Below are positions 11,092 to 22,054 of a stretch of 64,000 nucleotides of DNA, piece after piece (within the stretch, counting starts at the first letter, position 1; the number at the start of each line of letters is the position of its first letter). This stretch comes from Chitinophagaceae bacterium. Lineage in GTDB: Bacteria; Bacteroidota; Bacteroidia; Chitinophagales; Chitinophagaceae. The stretch is taken from assembly GCA_036564845.1 (NCBI GenBank), contig DATCOF010000331.1:944-64943 (forward strand), in the 5' to 3' direction. Position numbers and translations under genes: made by a program. A model generated the notes under the pieces. The model made no database searches and was not told the origin of the DNA. It was given only the letters and a program-made list of their open reading frames with translations.

Positions 11092-11149
11092 GGTTTGGTG
11101 ATGACACCAACCGCGGAGAGCCGCCGTGACCGGTGTCCCCACCAGTCAC
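11092..11149. repeat. Pair of short REP-like hairpins (GGTG-N4-CACC core) between thrB and thrC
   Basis: ggtttggtg-atga-caccaacc (11092-11112) and gtgaccggtg-tccc-caccagtcac (11126-11149). Confidence 0.6.
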
Positions 11150-11162
11150 TTCTAAGATTGGT

Positions 11163-12089
11163 CTATGATTCTTCTGTAATTGTAATCCCGTGGTTATTTA
11201 TTGTTGTAACATAAGTATGGTAGGCCAATCTCATGCTGTCATAAATTTCTTTCATTATAATTTCTACATCATGGGCAATATTTTCTTGCTTGCATAACAT
11301 AAAAATAGAAGGTCCTGAACCCGCAATGCCACCGCCTAATGCACCTGCTTCCATACATCTTTTCTTTACTTCATCAAAGCCGGGAATTAAAATACTTCTG
11401 ACAGGTTCAATGATCACATCTTCAAGACTGCGACTAATTAATCCATAATCATTCTGCATAAAACCTGTAACCAGTCCTGCAATATTTCCCCATTGTTTAA
11501 TAGCATCTTTCAACAAAACTTCTTTACGAAGGATTTCTCTTGCATCAGAAGTCTTTACTTCTATCTGCGGATGCACAACTGCTACAAACATTGGCGGAGC
11601 ATGCAAAGGAATTATATCCAAAGGAAAAATAGAACGGATAAGTGTTACGCCCCCATAAATACATGGTGAAATATTATCCGCATGTTTTACGCCGGATGCA
11701 AGTTTTTCTCCTGCCATCGCAAAGCGAACAAGGTCTTCTTTAGAAAATTTATTTCCAAGTAAATGATTGGCTGCAACAACAACCCCTGCTGCGCTTGCAG
11801 CGCTGGAGCCAAGGCCACTACCGGGTTTTATATGTTTTTCTATGATGATATCGAAGCCAACCGGAGTATCCAATTCCTGTATTAATTCGAGCAGTGAAAC
11901 GCCTGCAACATTTTTTTCAGGAATTGTGGGGAGATTGTAAATGTCATTGTGCTGAATACGAACACCGGGTTCATCACTAAGTGTGATCTGCATAATATCC
12001 TGCGGATCATTTAATGCCATACCTATCACATCAAAACCACAAACTAAATTGGCAATAGTTGCAGGTGATTTTATTTTTACAGATGTCAT
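11163..12089 (-). CDS. thrB: Homoserine kinase
   Basis: PATIANL, GHMP-kinase motif IKPGSGLGSSAAS, HADNISP, GSGPS. Confidence 0.96.
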   Translation of the reverse strand: MTSVKIKSPATIANLVCGFDVIGMALNDPQDIMQITLSDEPGVRIQHNDIYNLPTIPEKNVAGVSLLELIQELDTPVGFDIIIEKHIKPGSGLGSSAASAAGVVVAANHLLGNKFSKEDLVRFAMAGEKLASGVKHADNISPCIYGGVTLIRSIFPLDIIPLHAPPMFVAVVHPQIEVKTSDAREILRKEVLLKDAIKQWGNIAGLVTGFMQNDYGLISRSLEDVIIEPVRSILIPGFDEVKKRCMEAGALGGGIAGSGPSIFMLCKQENIAHDVEIIMKEIYDSMRLAYHTYVTTINNHGITITEES

Positions 12090-12094
12090 AATAA

Positions 12095-14548
12095 TTAATT
12101 TGAAGGAGCCGCCGCTCTTATGATATCTGCAAAAACACCGGCCGCTGTTACCTCTGCACCTGCACCTGCACCTTTAACTACCAATGGTTGCTCAGCGTAA
12201 CGATTGGTATAAAAAAGCACCGCATTATCTTTTCCGTACAAATGATAAAAATCGTGTTGCGGATCAATATGCTGAAGGCCCACAGAGGCTTTCCCATTCT
12301 CATATTTTGCAACGAACTTTAATTTTTTCTCTACCTTCTTTGCTTCATCAACTAATTTTTTAAAATGGCCTTCATGCTTTTCCATTTCTTTATAAAAATT
12401 TTCAACATCACCTTTCATGCATGCTTCAGGCATAAAAGATTTGTTAGTAATGTCTTCCATTTCTATTTTTTCACCTGTCTCTCTTGCCAATATCATTATT
12501 TTACGCATCACATCTGTTCCACTTAGATCAAGCCTTGGATCAGGTTCCGTGTAACCTTCTTCCTGCGCCTGCCTTACAACACTTGCAAAACTTTTTTCTC
12601 CTGTATAATTATTAAAAACAAAATTAAGTGTGCCGCTTAATACAGCTTCTATGCGGTTTACTTTGTCACCACTTCTCAAAAGATCATTCAATGTTCCTAT
12701 CACCGGTAAACCTGCGCCAACATTTGTTTCAAAAAGAAACAACGCATTAAATTCCCGTGCAAGATCCTTTAGGTTTTTATAATATTCATAAGAAGATGAG
12801 CAGGCGATCTTATTACACGCAACCACTGAAATACTTTTTTCTAAAAAATGAGGATATATTTTTGCTACTTCTGCATTGGCGGTAATGTCGATGAATACTG
12901 AGTTTCGTAAATTCTTTTTTTGAATGACAGAAATAAGATCTTTCATGTTCATCTCATCACCTGTTTGTAAAAGTTCTTTCCATTTTAAAAGATCAATGCC
13001 ATCATCATTGTAAAACATTTTTTTGCTGTTGGCAATTCCTGCAACACGAACCTGCAAACGCAGGTGATCGTGTAAATATTCAATTTGTTGTTGTAATTGT
13101 GCCAGCAGCCTGCTTCCAACGTTTCCTGTACCACTTACAAAAAGATTGACCTGCTTATATGTTGTTTCAAAAAACTCTTCATGCAAAACGTTAATAGCTT
13201 TTTTTACATCCTTTGTTGCTATCACCGCTGAAATATTTTTTTCAGAAGAGCCTTGTGCGATGGCTCTTATGTTAACACCATTCTTTCCCAGAACACTAAA
13301 CATCTTTCCGCTAATGCCCGGATGATTTTTCATGCTATCTCCAACGAGTGCAACAATTGCAAGATCTTTTTCAACTATTAATGGTTCAACTTTTTTTATT
13401 TCTATCTCATAAGCAAATGAGTTGTCAATAGCATCCTTTGCTGCACCAGCATTTATTTCTTCAATACCAACACAAATGGAATGCTCTGAAGAGCTTTGCG
13501 TGATGAGCACAACATTTATTTTTTCATTTGACAATGCTTCAAACAAGCGCTTTGAAAATCCCGGGATGCCCACCATGCCACTGCCTTCAAGGCTTAGTAA
13601 TGCAAGTTTATTAATGCTGGAAATTCCGCGAATGTTTCCGCCATCTTTGGAAGTTGTGTTTTCAATTAATGTTCCTGCATCCTGCGGAGCAAAAGTATTT
13701 TTTATCCAAACCGGAATACGTTTGTTCATCACCGGTTGTATGGTAGGCGGATAAATTACTTTAGCACCGAAGTGAGAAAGTTCCATCGCTTCCTGGTAAG
13801 AAATTTTTTCTATGATCTTTGCATTGCTTACCAGCCGTGGATCTGCGGTCATCATTCCTGAAACATCAGTCCATATTTCAACAGCTGACGCATTTAACGC
13901 TGCAGCAATAATTGCTGCGGTATAATCGGAGCCGCCTCTTCCCAATGTAGTAGTGTTTCCATTTTTATCTGATGAAATAAAACCGGGAATAACACAAACA
14001 AGACTTTGTAAGGGAAAAAAGAAAGACTGAATGTTTTTATTCGTAGTTGTAAAATCAACATTTGCTGAACCGAATTGCGAATCGGTAATGATAAGTTCTC
14101 TTGCATCTTTCCATGTACTGTCTATGTCAAGTGATCTTAACTTGTCTGCAAATATTTGAGAAGATAATAATTCGCCATTACTTATGATAGAATCTTTTGT
14201 TCGCTGTGATAATTCTTTTAATAAGTAAACACCGTTGCAGGTGTCTTCAATATTATTAAAGGTTTTTTTTACCATGCTAAGCACACTGCTTTGCTGATCG
14301 ATAGGGATCAGTTCCTTTACAGTTGTAAGATGCCTCTGCTCTATGTTGTGGAGTTTCTCTTTATAAAATATATCTGTATTGGAAGCAAGTTCTGCAACTT
14401 CTAATAACGCATCAGTAACGCCGCCTAATGCGGATAGAATAATAATGATGTTATTATTCTTTTTTGTTGACTGCTGAACAATTGCAATTACTTCATTTAT
14501 ATTTTTTGCATTGGCAACAGAACTGCCCCCAAATTTTAAAACCTGCAT
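12095..14548 (-). CDS. thrA: Bifunctional aspartokinase / homoserine dehydrogenase I
   Basis: VLKFGGSSV, LGRGGSDYTA, two ACT domains, FETNVGAGLPVI, GYTEPDPRLDLSG. Confidence 0.97.
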   Translation of the reverse strand: MQVLKFGGSSVANAKNINEVIAIVQQSTKKNNNIIIILSALGGVTDALLEVAELASNTDIFYKEKLHNIEQRHLTTVKELIPIDQQSSVLSMVKKTFNNIEDTCNGVYLLKELSQRTKDSIISNGELLSSQIFADKLRSLDIDSTWKDARELIITDSQFGSANVDFTTTNKNIQSFFFPLQSLVCVIPGFISSDKNGNTTTLGRGGSDYTAAIIAAALNASAVEIWTDVSGMMTADPRLVSNAKIIEKISYQEAMELSHFGAKVIYPPTIQPVMNKRIPVWIKNTFAPQDAGTLIENTTSKDGGNIRGISSINKLALLSLEGSGMVGIPGFSKRLFEALSNEKINVVLITQSSSEHSICVGIEEINAGAAKDAIDNSFAYEIEIKKVEPLIVEKDLAIVALVGDSMKNHPGISGKMFSVLGKNGVNIRAIAQGSSEKNISAVIATKDVKKAINVLHEEFFETTYKQVNLFVSGTGNVGSRLLAQLQQQIEYLHDHLRLQVRVAGIANSKKMFYNDDGIDLLKWKELLQTGDEMNMKDLISVIQKKNLRNSVFIDITANAEVAKIYPHFLEKSISVVACNKIACSSSYEYYKNLKDLAREFNALFLFETNVGAGLPVIGTLNDLLRSGDKVNRIEAVLSGTLNFVFNNYTGEKSFASVVRQAQEEGYTEPDPRLDLSGTDVMRKIMILARETGEKIEMEDITNKSFMPEACMKGDVENFYKEMEKHEGHFKKLVDEAKKVEKKLKFVAKYENGKASVGLQHIDPQHDFYHLYGKDNAVLFYTNRYAEQPLVVKGAGAGAEVTAAGVFADIIRAAAPSN

Positions 14549-14635
14549 ATATAGTTATAGTGTTTATTAATAAAATTAAGAGATATGTTTTGTTCGAGAT
14601 AATTCCTTTGAGGGGTAGCTATATGTGAGGCTTGA

Positions 14636-15892
14636 TTAAACCAGGTAACCAAAGGCATTATCATCTTGTTTCAGTTCAGTGTAATTTACTTGATATGCAT
14701 CCAGGTTATTTAATAACCTGTAGTAATCTTCTCTTGATCTTAATTCGATTCCCACTAATGCAGGGCCGGATTCTTTATTATGTTTTTGAACATACTCAAA
14801 CCTTGTGATATCATCCGAAGGCCCCAGTACCTGATTAACAAATTCCTTTAAAGCTCCAGGCCTTTGTGCAAACCGGATGAGAAAATAATGTTTTAATCCT
14901 TCGTATTGCAGGGAGCGTTCTTTTATTTCCTGCATCCTGTCAATATCATTATTGCTTCCGCTTACAATGCAAACAACATTCTTACCTTTTATTTCATTTG
15001 CATAATCATCTAATGCGGTAATTGATAAAACGCCTGCGGGTTCTACTACCATTGCGTCTTCGTTATATAATTTCAGGATCGTTGTACAAACTTTTCCTTC
15101 CGGCACCAAATGCATATCTGATAAAACTTCTTTACAAATTGAAAAAGTTATGTTGCCCACACGCTTTACAGAAGCACCATCTACAAATTGCTCAATATTA
15201 TCGAGCGTAACCGGCTGACCGGCTTCCAGGGCAGCTTTCATTGAAGGAGCACCTTCGGGTTCAACACCAATTATTTTTGTTTGAGGAGAAAAAGTTTTAA
15301 AATAACTGCCAACTCCGGAACACAAACCACCGCCACCTACAGGAACAAATAAATAATCTATTGCTGACAGGTCTTCCAGAATTTCAAGACCAACTGTGCC
15401 CTGCCCTTCAATGATCTTATAATCATCAAAAGGATGGACATAGGTCATTTGATTTTCTTCAGTGTATTGTTTTGCTGCAACCGCACATTCATCGTATGAA
15501 TCACCGATCAATTTTATTTCTACGAAATCTTCGCCAAACATTTTTGTCTGACTGATTTTTTGATTGGATGTAATAACAGGCATAAACACCACACCTTTTA
15601 CACCCAGTTTTTTACATGAATATGCAAAGCCCTGTGCATGATTTCCGGCGCTGGCACATACAACTCCTTTTTGCAATTGCTCCTTCGATAAACTGCTCAT
15701 CATGTTATATGCACCACGAATTTTATAAGAGCGAACCACCTGCAGATCTTCTCTTTTCAAATAAATATTTGCCTGGTATTTTTTTGAAAGATTATGATTG
15801 AGAACAAGTGGCGTTCTGTAAATGACATTTTTTAGCCGGTTTGCTGCTGCATTAAAATCAAGCATCGGAATTGTATGTGCGGATGTATTCAT
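14636..15892 (-). CDS. ilvA: Threonine dehydratase (biosynthetic, short form)
   Basis: LKREDLQVVRSYKIRGA, ASAGNHAQG, VPVGGGGL. Confidence 0.96.
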   Translation of the reverse strand: MNTSAHTIPMLDFNAAANRLKNVIYRTPLVLNHNLSKKYQANIYLKREDLQVVRSYKIRGAYNMMSSLSKEQLQKGVVCASAGNHAQGFAYSCKKLGVKGVVFMPVITSNQKISQTKMFGEDFVEIKLIGDSYDECAVAAKQYTEENQMTYVHPFDDYKIIEGQGTVGLEILEDLSAIDYLFVPVGGGGLCSGVGSYFKTFSPQTKIIGVEPEGAPSMKAALEAGQPVTLDNIEQFVDGASVKRVGNITFSICKEVLSDMHLVPEGKVCTTILKLYNEDAMVVEPAGVLSITALDDYANEIKGKNVVCIVSGSNNDIDRMQEIKERSLQYEGLKHYFLIRFAQRPGALKEFVNQVLGPSDDITRFEYVQKHNKESGPALVGIELRSREDYYRLLNNLDAYQVNYTELKQDDNAFGYLV

Positions 15893-15903
15893 TAGTCTTG
15901 TAA

Positions 15904-17007
15904 TTATTTGACAGCTTCTTTTACATTCTTGTCTTTAAGCTGCGGAGAATCTTCAACAGGCTTTTGGTTTTCGGGACGTAAACTTCTTACCGTCTTTCCT
16001 GTCTGCCACAATTCACTGTCACGCAATTCTTTTAGTTCCACTTCCAGTTTTTCCCTGTAATCCGCTTTGCTGTTGCTTTCTATTGAACGTGTTGCTTCTC
16101 TGCCTGCAGCAACTTCAGCATATAATTCTTTAAACACCGGCGATGTTGCATCACGGAATTTTTTCCACCAATCCAAAGCACCACGCTGTGCTGTAGTTGA
16201 ACAATTTGCATACATCCAATCCATACCATTCTCTGCAACCAATGGCATTAATGATTGTGTAAGTTCTTCAACAGTTTCATTAAATGCTTCGGAAGGAGAG
16301 TGGCCATTTGCTCTCAACACATCATATTGTGCTGCAAATATTCCCTGTATCGCACCCATAAGTGTTCCTCTTTCTCCGGTGAGATCTGAGTAAACTTCTT
16401 TCTTGAAATTTGTTTCAAATAAATATCCTGAACCAATTGCAATGCCTAATGCAGCAACTCTTTCAAAAGCTCTTCCTGTTGCATCCTGGAAGATCGCATA
16501 ACTACTATTCAATCCACGTCCCTGCAAAAACATTCTGCGTAAAGATGTTCCTGAACCTTTTGGTGCTACTAAAAAAACGTCAACATCTTTTGGTGGAATA
16601 ATGCCTGTTTGATCATTATAGGTTATGCCAAAGCCATGAGAAAAATATAAGGCTTTGCCCGGTGTTAAATGTTTTTTTACCGTTGGCCACATTGCAATTT
16701 GTGCAGCATCACTAAGTAAATAACAAATGATGGTTCCTTTCTCCAAAGCTTCTTCAATTTCAAAAAGTGTTTTGCCTTCTACAAAACCATCACGTACGGC
16801 TTTGTCCCAGCTTTTTGAATTTTTTCTCTGCCCTACAATTACATTTATGCCGTTTTCTTTTTGATTTAGCGCCTGTCCCGGTCCCTGAACACCGTAGCCA
16901 ATAACCGCTACCACTTCATCTTTCAGTACTTCCTGTGCTTTTGATAATGGGAATTCTTCACGGGTTACCACATTCTCCTGTGTGCCGCCAAAATTTAATG
17001 TTGCCAT
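15904..17007 (-). CDS. ilvC: Ketol-acid reductoisomerase
   Basis: IGYGVQGPGQALN, VAPKGSG, SDLTGERGTLMG. Confidence 0.96.
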   Translation of the reverse strand: MATLNFGGTQENVVTREEFPLSKAQEVLKDEVVAVIGYGVQGPGQALNQKENGINVIVGQRKNSKSWDKAVRDGFVEGKTLFEIEEALEKGTIICYLLSDAAQIAMWPTVKKHLTPGKALYFSHGFGITYNDQTGIIPPKDVDVFLVAPKGSGTSLRRMFLQGRGLNSSYAIFQDATGRAFERVAALGIAIGSGYLFETNFKKEVYSDLTGERGTLMGAIQGIFAAQYDVLRANGHSPSEAFNETVEELTQSLMPLVAENGMDWMYANCSTTAQRGALDWWKKFRDATSPVFKELYAEVAAGREATRSIESNSKADYREKLEVELKELRDSELWQTGKTVRSLRPENQKPVEDSPQLKDKNVKEAVK

Positions 17008-17047
17008 TGTATTAGTTTTTAGTTTGTTATTTATGAGATGTTATTAA

Positions 17048-17638
17048 TTACATTGTAAATACTTCGTCCTGCTTATCAAGAAATTCATTCTCCACCAATT
17101 CATCACCCGGTCCGGCATTTTCGTATTCTTTTAATTTTTCGTGAAAGCCGCTGCTGGCTTTTATTACAGCTACTCTTGCGCTTCGCACAAATTCTATCAA
17201 TCCATAAGGCTCTAAAAATTTTACAAGACGATCAGTTTCTTCTCTATGCCCGGTGGTTTCAAAAATGGTATAGTCTTTACGAATTGTTACTGCACGTGCG
17301 CCATATTCCCTTAGCAATCTTTCTACTTTTATTTTTTCAGCGATCTCATCTGTAGGCACTTTATACAGCGCCATTTCCTGCCAAACAATTTCATCTTCGG
17401 TATTATAAAATGCTTTTAAAACATCTACCTGTTTTTCAATTTGCCGGCAAAGTTTGCGCACCACATCTTCTGTTTCATTTATCACAATTGTGAATCGGTG
17501 TACACTATCTACTTCAGTGGGAGATGTATTTAAACTGTCCACATTAATTTTTCTGCGTGAAAAAATAATTGCGATACGGTTCAATAATCCAACCTGGTTT
17601 TCAGTATAAACGGTGATCGTATATTCCAGTTTACTCAT
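17048..17638 (-). CDS. ilvN: Acetolactate synthase small (regulatory) subunit
   Basis: ACT domain ENQVGLLNRIAIIFSRRKINVDSL; GLIEFVRSARVA. Confidence 0.93.
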   Translation of the reverse strand: MSKLEYTITVYTENQVGLLNRIAIIFSRRKINVDSLNTSPTEVDSVHRFTIVINETEDVVRKLCRQIEKQVDVLKAFYNTEDEIVWQEMALYKVPTDEIAEKIKVERLLREYGARAVTIRKDYTIFETTGHREETDRLVKFLEPYGLIEFVRSARVAVIKASSGFHEKLKEYENAGPGDELVENEFLDKQDEVFTM

Positions 17639-17643
17639 AAAAA

Positions 17644-19410
17644 TTATTTAAGTCTTATTTCCGAAACACTGCATCCCTGCGGCACCATAGGGAATACATT
17701 ATTTTCTTTTCCTACCATCACTTCCAATAAATAAGGGCCGTTGTGATCCAACATTTCTTTCAATGCATTCTTCAAATTTTCTCTCTCTGAAACTTTTTGT
17801 CCTGAGATATTATATGCTTTTGCAAGTGCAACAAAATCCGGGCTCTGAATGTCAGTGAATGAATATCTTCTTTCAAGAAACAGCTCCTGCCACTGGCGAA
17901 CCATTCCGAGAAACTGGTTATTGAGAATTATTATTTTTACATCAATATTATTTTGCATGATAGTTCCCATTTCCTGTAATGTCATTTGAAAACCACCATC
18001 ACCAATCACGGCGATAACAGTTCTTTCAGGTGCGCCAAATTTTGCACCGATCACAGCAGGTAAAGCAAAACCCATTGTTCCTAATCCCCCTGATGTAACA
18101 TTGCTTTTTGATTGATTGAATTTTGCATAACGGCAAGCTACCATCTGGTGCTGGCCAACATCTGTTACAATGATCGCATCGCCGCCTGTTAATTCATTTA
18201 GCAGGTTGATAACTTCACCCATTGTCAGGATTTCTGTATCAGGGTGTAACTCAGGCTGGATGCAGGTTTCCTCTTCCTGTTTTTTATGCTCACTAAATTT
18301 TTGTAACCATTGCGGATGCACTTTTTGTTCTACGAGTTCAGTAAGCAACGGCAATGTTTCTTTACAATCACCCCAAACAGAAACAGTTGTTTTTACATTC
18401 TTATCAATTTCCGAAGGGTCAATGTCAAGATGAATAACTTTTGCCTGCTTTGCATATTTATCTAACCGCCCGGTAACACGATCATCGAAACGCATACCGA
18501 TCGCGATCAACACATCACATTCATTCGTTAAAACATTTGGCCCATAATTACCATGCATGCCAAGCATACCAACTCCCAATGGATGATCAGTTGGAATAGC
18601 GCTCATACCCATGATTGTCCATGCTGCAGGGATGCCGGCCTTCTCAATAAATTGTTTGAATTCTTTTTCTGCTTCGCCTAGAATAATGCCCTGGCCAAAG
18701 ATCACAAATGGTTTTTCTGCAGTATTGATAAGCTTTGCAGCTTCTTCAATATATTTTTTTCTAATGATCGGTTTAGGGCGATAGCTGCGAATGTGATCAC
18801 ATTTTTTATAACCTTCATAATTAAACTTTTGTAACTGTGCATTCTTAGTTATGTCAATCAAAACAGGCCCGGGCCTGCCGCTACCGGCGATATAAAATGC
18901 TTTTGCAAGAACAGAAGGTATTTCTGTTGCATCAGTGATCTGGTAATTCCATTTGGTAACAGGCGTTGTAATATTAATAACATCCGTTTCCTGGAAAGCA
19001 TCTGTTCCTAACAAATGAGCAAACACTTGTCCGGTGATGCACACTAATGGAGTACTATCTATCATGGCATCAGCCAAACCTGTCACAAGATTTGTAGCGC
19101 CGGGGCCACTGGTAGCAATCACAACTCCTGTTTTTCCTGAAGCTCTTGCAAACCCTTGTGCAGCGTGGATTGCGCCCTGCTCATGGCGAACAAGAATATG
19201 ATTCAGTCTGTCATGATAATCATACAATGCATCATAGATCGGCATGATCGCTCCGCCGGGATAGCCAAAGATCACGTCAACATCTTCTGCAAGAAATGCC
19301 TGTAACACTGCCTGTGAGCCACTCAATTCAATCACCTCCGAATTCTGTAAAGGAAACTCAGCAGTTGCTTCTTCTTTTTTCGACGTTGGTATATTTTGTA
19401 CTAAAGGCAT
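17644..19410 (-). CDS. ilvB: Acetolactate synthase large subunit
   Basis: FGYPGGAIMP, RHEQGA, TSGPGATN, ThDP motif GDGGFQMT...NN, GMVRQWQ. Confidence 0.96.
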   Translation of the reverse strand: MPLVQNIPTSKKEEATAEFPLQNSEVIELSGSQAVLQAFLAEDVDVIFGYPGGAIMPIYDALYDYHDRLNHILVRHEQGAIHAAQGFARASGKTGVVIATSGPGATNLVTGLADAMIDSTPLVCITGQVFAHLLGTDAFQETDVINITTPVTKWNYQITDATEIPSVLAKAFYIAGSGRPGPVLIDITKNAQLQKFNYEGYKKCDHIRSYRPKPIIRKKYIEEAAKLINTAEKPFVIFGQGIILGEAEKEFKQFIEKAGIPAAWTIMGMSAIPTDHPLGVGMLGMHGNYGPNVLTNECDVLIAIGMRFDDRVTGRLDKYAKQAKVIHLDIDPSEIDKNVKTTVSVWGDCKETLPLLTELVEQKVHPQWLQKFSEHKKQEEETCIQPELHPDTEILTMGEVINLLNELTGGDAIIVTDVGQHQMVACRYAKFNQSKSNVTSGGLGTMGFALPAVIGAKFGAPERTVIAVIGDGGFQMTLQEMGTIMQNNIDVKIIILNNQFLGMVRQWQELFLERRYSFTDIQSPDFVALAKAYNISGQKVSERENLKNALKEMLDHNGPYLLEVMVGKENNVFPMVPQGCSVSEIRLK

Positions 19411-19428
19411 AGAAATATTTTTATTTTT

Positions 19429-21147
19429 TTAAAATACCCTGTTATGTTTTACATCATGAAATTTTGGCGCTTCATCTGTTACACATCCTTCGGCTGCATT
19501 GGTAACACAAGTTGCATATTTAAACAGAACTCCTTTTGTTGCTTTTAGTGCAGGTTGCTGCCAATCCTTTTTTCTTTCCTGTATCTCTTCATCATCAATT
19601 TTTAATGTCATCGTATGATCCACTGCATCCAGTTCAATGATGTCATTATCTTTTACAAATGCTATCAATCCACCGTCATATGCTTCAGGTGTAATATGCC
19701 CTACAACAAAGCCATGTGTGCCGCCGCTGAATCTTCCATCAGTTATCAATGCGACTGATTTCCCCAGGCCTGCACCGATTATCGCTGATGTAGGTTTCAG
19801 CATCTCAGGCATACCCGGACCACCTTTTGGCCCAACGTATCTTATAACAACAACATCGCCTTCTTTAATTTTTCCTGAATTAATTCCTTCGATTAATTCA
19901 AACTCTCCATCAAAAACTCTTGCAAGCCCTGTAAATTTTTCGCCTTCTTTACCTGAGATCTTTGCAACACTTCCGCCTTCTGCGAGATTGCCATATAATA
20001 TTTGTAAGTGACCTGTTTGTTTAATTGGTTTTTCAACAGGGAAAATAATTTTTTGTGCATCAAAATTTAATTCAGGAACATCTTTTAAATTTTCTTCGAT
20101 TGTTTTTCCTGTAACAGTGAGACAATCGCCATGCAATAAATTTTGTTGCAATAAATATTTCATCACAGCAGGTACACCGCCAATGTTATGCAGGTCTTCC
20201 ATCAAATATTTCCCGCTTGGTTTTAAGTCTGCTAAAACAGGAGTTTTATCACTGATAATTTGGAAATCATCCTGGGTTAAAACGACAGCTACACTTTTCG
20301 CCATTGCGATCAAATGCAATACTGCATTGGTGCTGCCGCCCAAAGCCATTATCACGGTCACGGCATTTTCAAATGCTTTTCTTGTCATGATGTGAGAAGG
20401 CTTTATATCTTTTTCTATAAGCAAACGAATAGCTTTTCCTGCAGCGTGGCATTCATTTTTTTTCTCCTCACTGAGAGCAGGATTTGATGATGAATAAGGC
20501 AGGCTCATGCCCAGTGCTTCAATAGCACTTGACATTGTATTTGCTGTGTACATGCCGCCACATGCACCTGCGCCGGGACATGAATGCTTTATAATTTCTT
20601 TAAAATCTTCGGGAGAAATTTCACCTTTTATTTTTTTGCCTAATGCCTCAAAGGCAGAAACAATATTTAGATCTTCCCCTTTATAATGACCCGGGTGAAT
20701 AGATCCGCCATACACCATTATCGACGGACGGTTTAATCTTCCCATTGCCATAATTGAGCCCGGCATATTTTTATCACAACCCGGAACCGCGATCAATGCA
20801 TCATAATATTGTGCACCGCAAACTGCTTCAATTGAATCGGCAATTATATCGCGGCTTACCAACGAATAACGCATTCCGTCTGTACCATTGCTGATGCCAT
20901 CACTCACACCAATTGTATTAAAGATCAAACCAACAAGATTATTATCCCACACTCCCTGTTTTACAAGTTTTGCTAATTCATTCAAATGCATGTTGCAGGT
21001 ATTGCCTTCGTAGCCCATGCTCACGATACCTACCTGTGCTTTTGTAAGATCATCTTCAGTTAACCCAATGCCGTACAGCATTGCCTGTGCTGCAGGTTGT
21101 GTAACATCCTGCGTAATTACTTTGCTGTATTTGTTTAGTTCGTTCAT
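19429..21147 (-). CDS. ilvD: Dihydroxy-acid dehydratase
   Basis: [42 protein letters not shown]. Confidence 0.97.
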   Translation of the reverse strand: MNELNKYSKVITQDVTQPAAQAMLYGIGLTEDDLTKAQVGIVSMGYEGNTCNMHLNELAKLVKQGVWDNNLVGLIFNTIGVSDGISNGTDGMRYSLVSRDIIADSIEAVCGAQYYDALIAVPGCDKNMPGSIMAMGRLNRPSIMVYGGSIHPGHYKGEDLNIVSAFEALGKKIKGEISPEDFKEIIKHSCPGAGACGGMYTANTMSSAIEALGMSLPYSSSNPALSEEKKNECHAAGKAIRLLIEKDIKPSHIMTRKAFENAVTVIMALGGSTNAVLHLIAMAKSVAVVLTQDDFQIISDKTPVLADLKPSGKYLMEDLHNIGGVPAVMKYLLQQNLLHGDCLTVTGKTIEENLKDVPELNFDAQKIIFPVEKPIKQTGHLQILYGNLAEGGSVAKISGKEGEKFTGLARVFDGEFELIEGINSGKIKEGDVVVIRYVGPKGGPGMPEMLKPTSAIIGAGLGKSVALITDGRFSGGTHGFVVGHITPEAYDGGLIAFVKDNDIIELDAVDHTMTLKIDDEEIQERKKDWQQPALKATKGVLFKYATCVTNAAEGCVTDEAPKFHDVKHNRVF

Positions 21148-22052
21148 GCGCTTTCTAATTCTCTTTTAATTTCTTTTGTATATTCTTTGTCAATTACTTT
21201 GTGCATGTATGCTTCCTGGATAATTTTTCCGGCAGTTTCATTCCATGGTTTAGGAAACTTTGTATCATCAAGGCTTTCCCATCCTATCACTTCTGCGGCA
21301 GTACCACAAAAGAAGGCAGCATCTGCATCTTTCAATTCATCTATCGTGAATTGTTTTTCTTCTACAGGTATTTGCAATTCACTGCATATTTCAAAAACGG
21401 TTGCTCTTGTAATTCCCGGTAAAATATTTCCTAATGATGGTGTAAATAATTTTCCATCTTTCTCAAAAAAAACATTTGCTCCAGGGCCTTCTGCAACAAA
21501 ATCATCCATGTCTAATAACAATGCTTCATCAAAGCCATTTGCTTTTGCTTCCTGGCTTGCAAGAATTGAATTTACATAATGGCCGGCTGCCTTTGCCTCT
21601 ATTTTAAAACCTTTAGGGTTGGGGCGTTGAAATGATGATGTCATAACCCGCAATAATTTATCTCCTAAAAATGGTTGCATCTGCCAACCTTGAATAACAA
21701 TAAATGATTTTTTGTTTTTTATAAAACTCATATTGGCCGGCGCATACACAACAGGGCGTATGTACGCATCCTGTAAATTATTTCTTTTTAAAACTTCATA
21801 CGTGGCATCTATCAATCCTTCTGAAGTCCAGTGGTAGGGCATATTTAAAGCATCTGCAGAATTCTTTAATCTTTCAAAATGTTCTAACGCTTTAAATATT
21901 TTTGTTTCGTTGTTCACAGTTTTATAAGAACGGATGCCTTCAAAAACAGAATAGCCATAATGAAGACTCTGGCTATAGAGATCCATTTTTGCATCTACTG
22001 CTTTTACGAATTCTCCGTTTAAATAAAGTATTGTGTTTTCATTATAATACAT
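21144..22052 (-). CDS. ilvE: Branched-chain amino acid aminotransferase
   Basis: [42 protein letters not shown]. Confidence 0.96.
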   Translation of the reverse strand: MYYNENTILYLNGEFVKAVDAKMDLYSQSLHYGYSVFEGIRSYKTVNNETKIFKALEHFERLKNSADALNMPYHWTSEGLIDATYEVLKRNNLQDAYIRPVVYAPANMSFIKNKKSFIVIQGWQMQPFLGDKLLRVMTSSFQRPNPKGFKIEAKAAGHYVNSILASQEAKANGFDEALLLDMDDFVAEGPGANVFFEKDGKLFTPSLGNILPGITRATVFEICSELQIPVEEKQFTIDELKDADAAFFCGTAAEVIGWESLDDTKFPKPWNETAGKIIQEAYMHKVIDKEYTKEIKRELESA

Positions 22053-22054
22053 AA

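Noticed and set aside
14549-14635. Thr leader peptide or riboswitch between ilvA and thrA
   Set aside because: No ATG-initiated Thr/Ile-rich ORF and no convincing hairpin plus U-tract on the minus strand.
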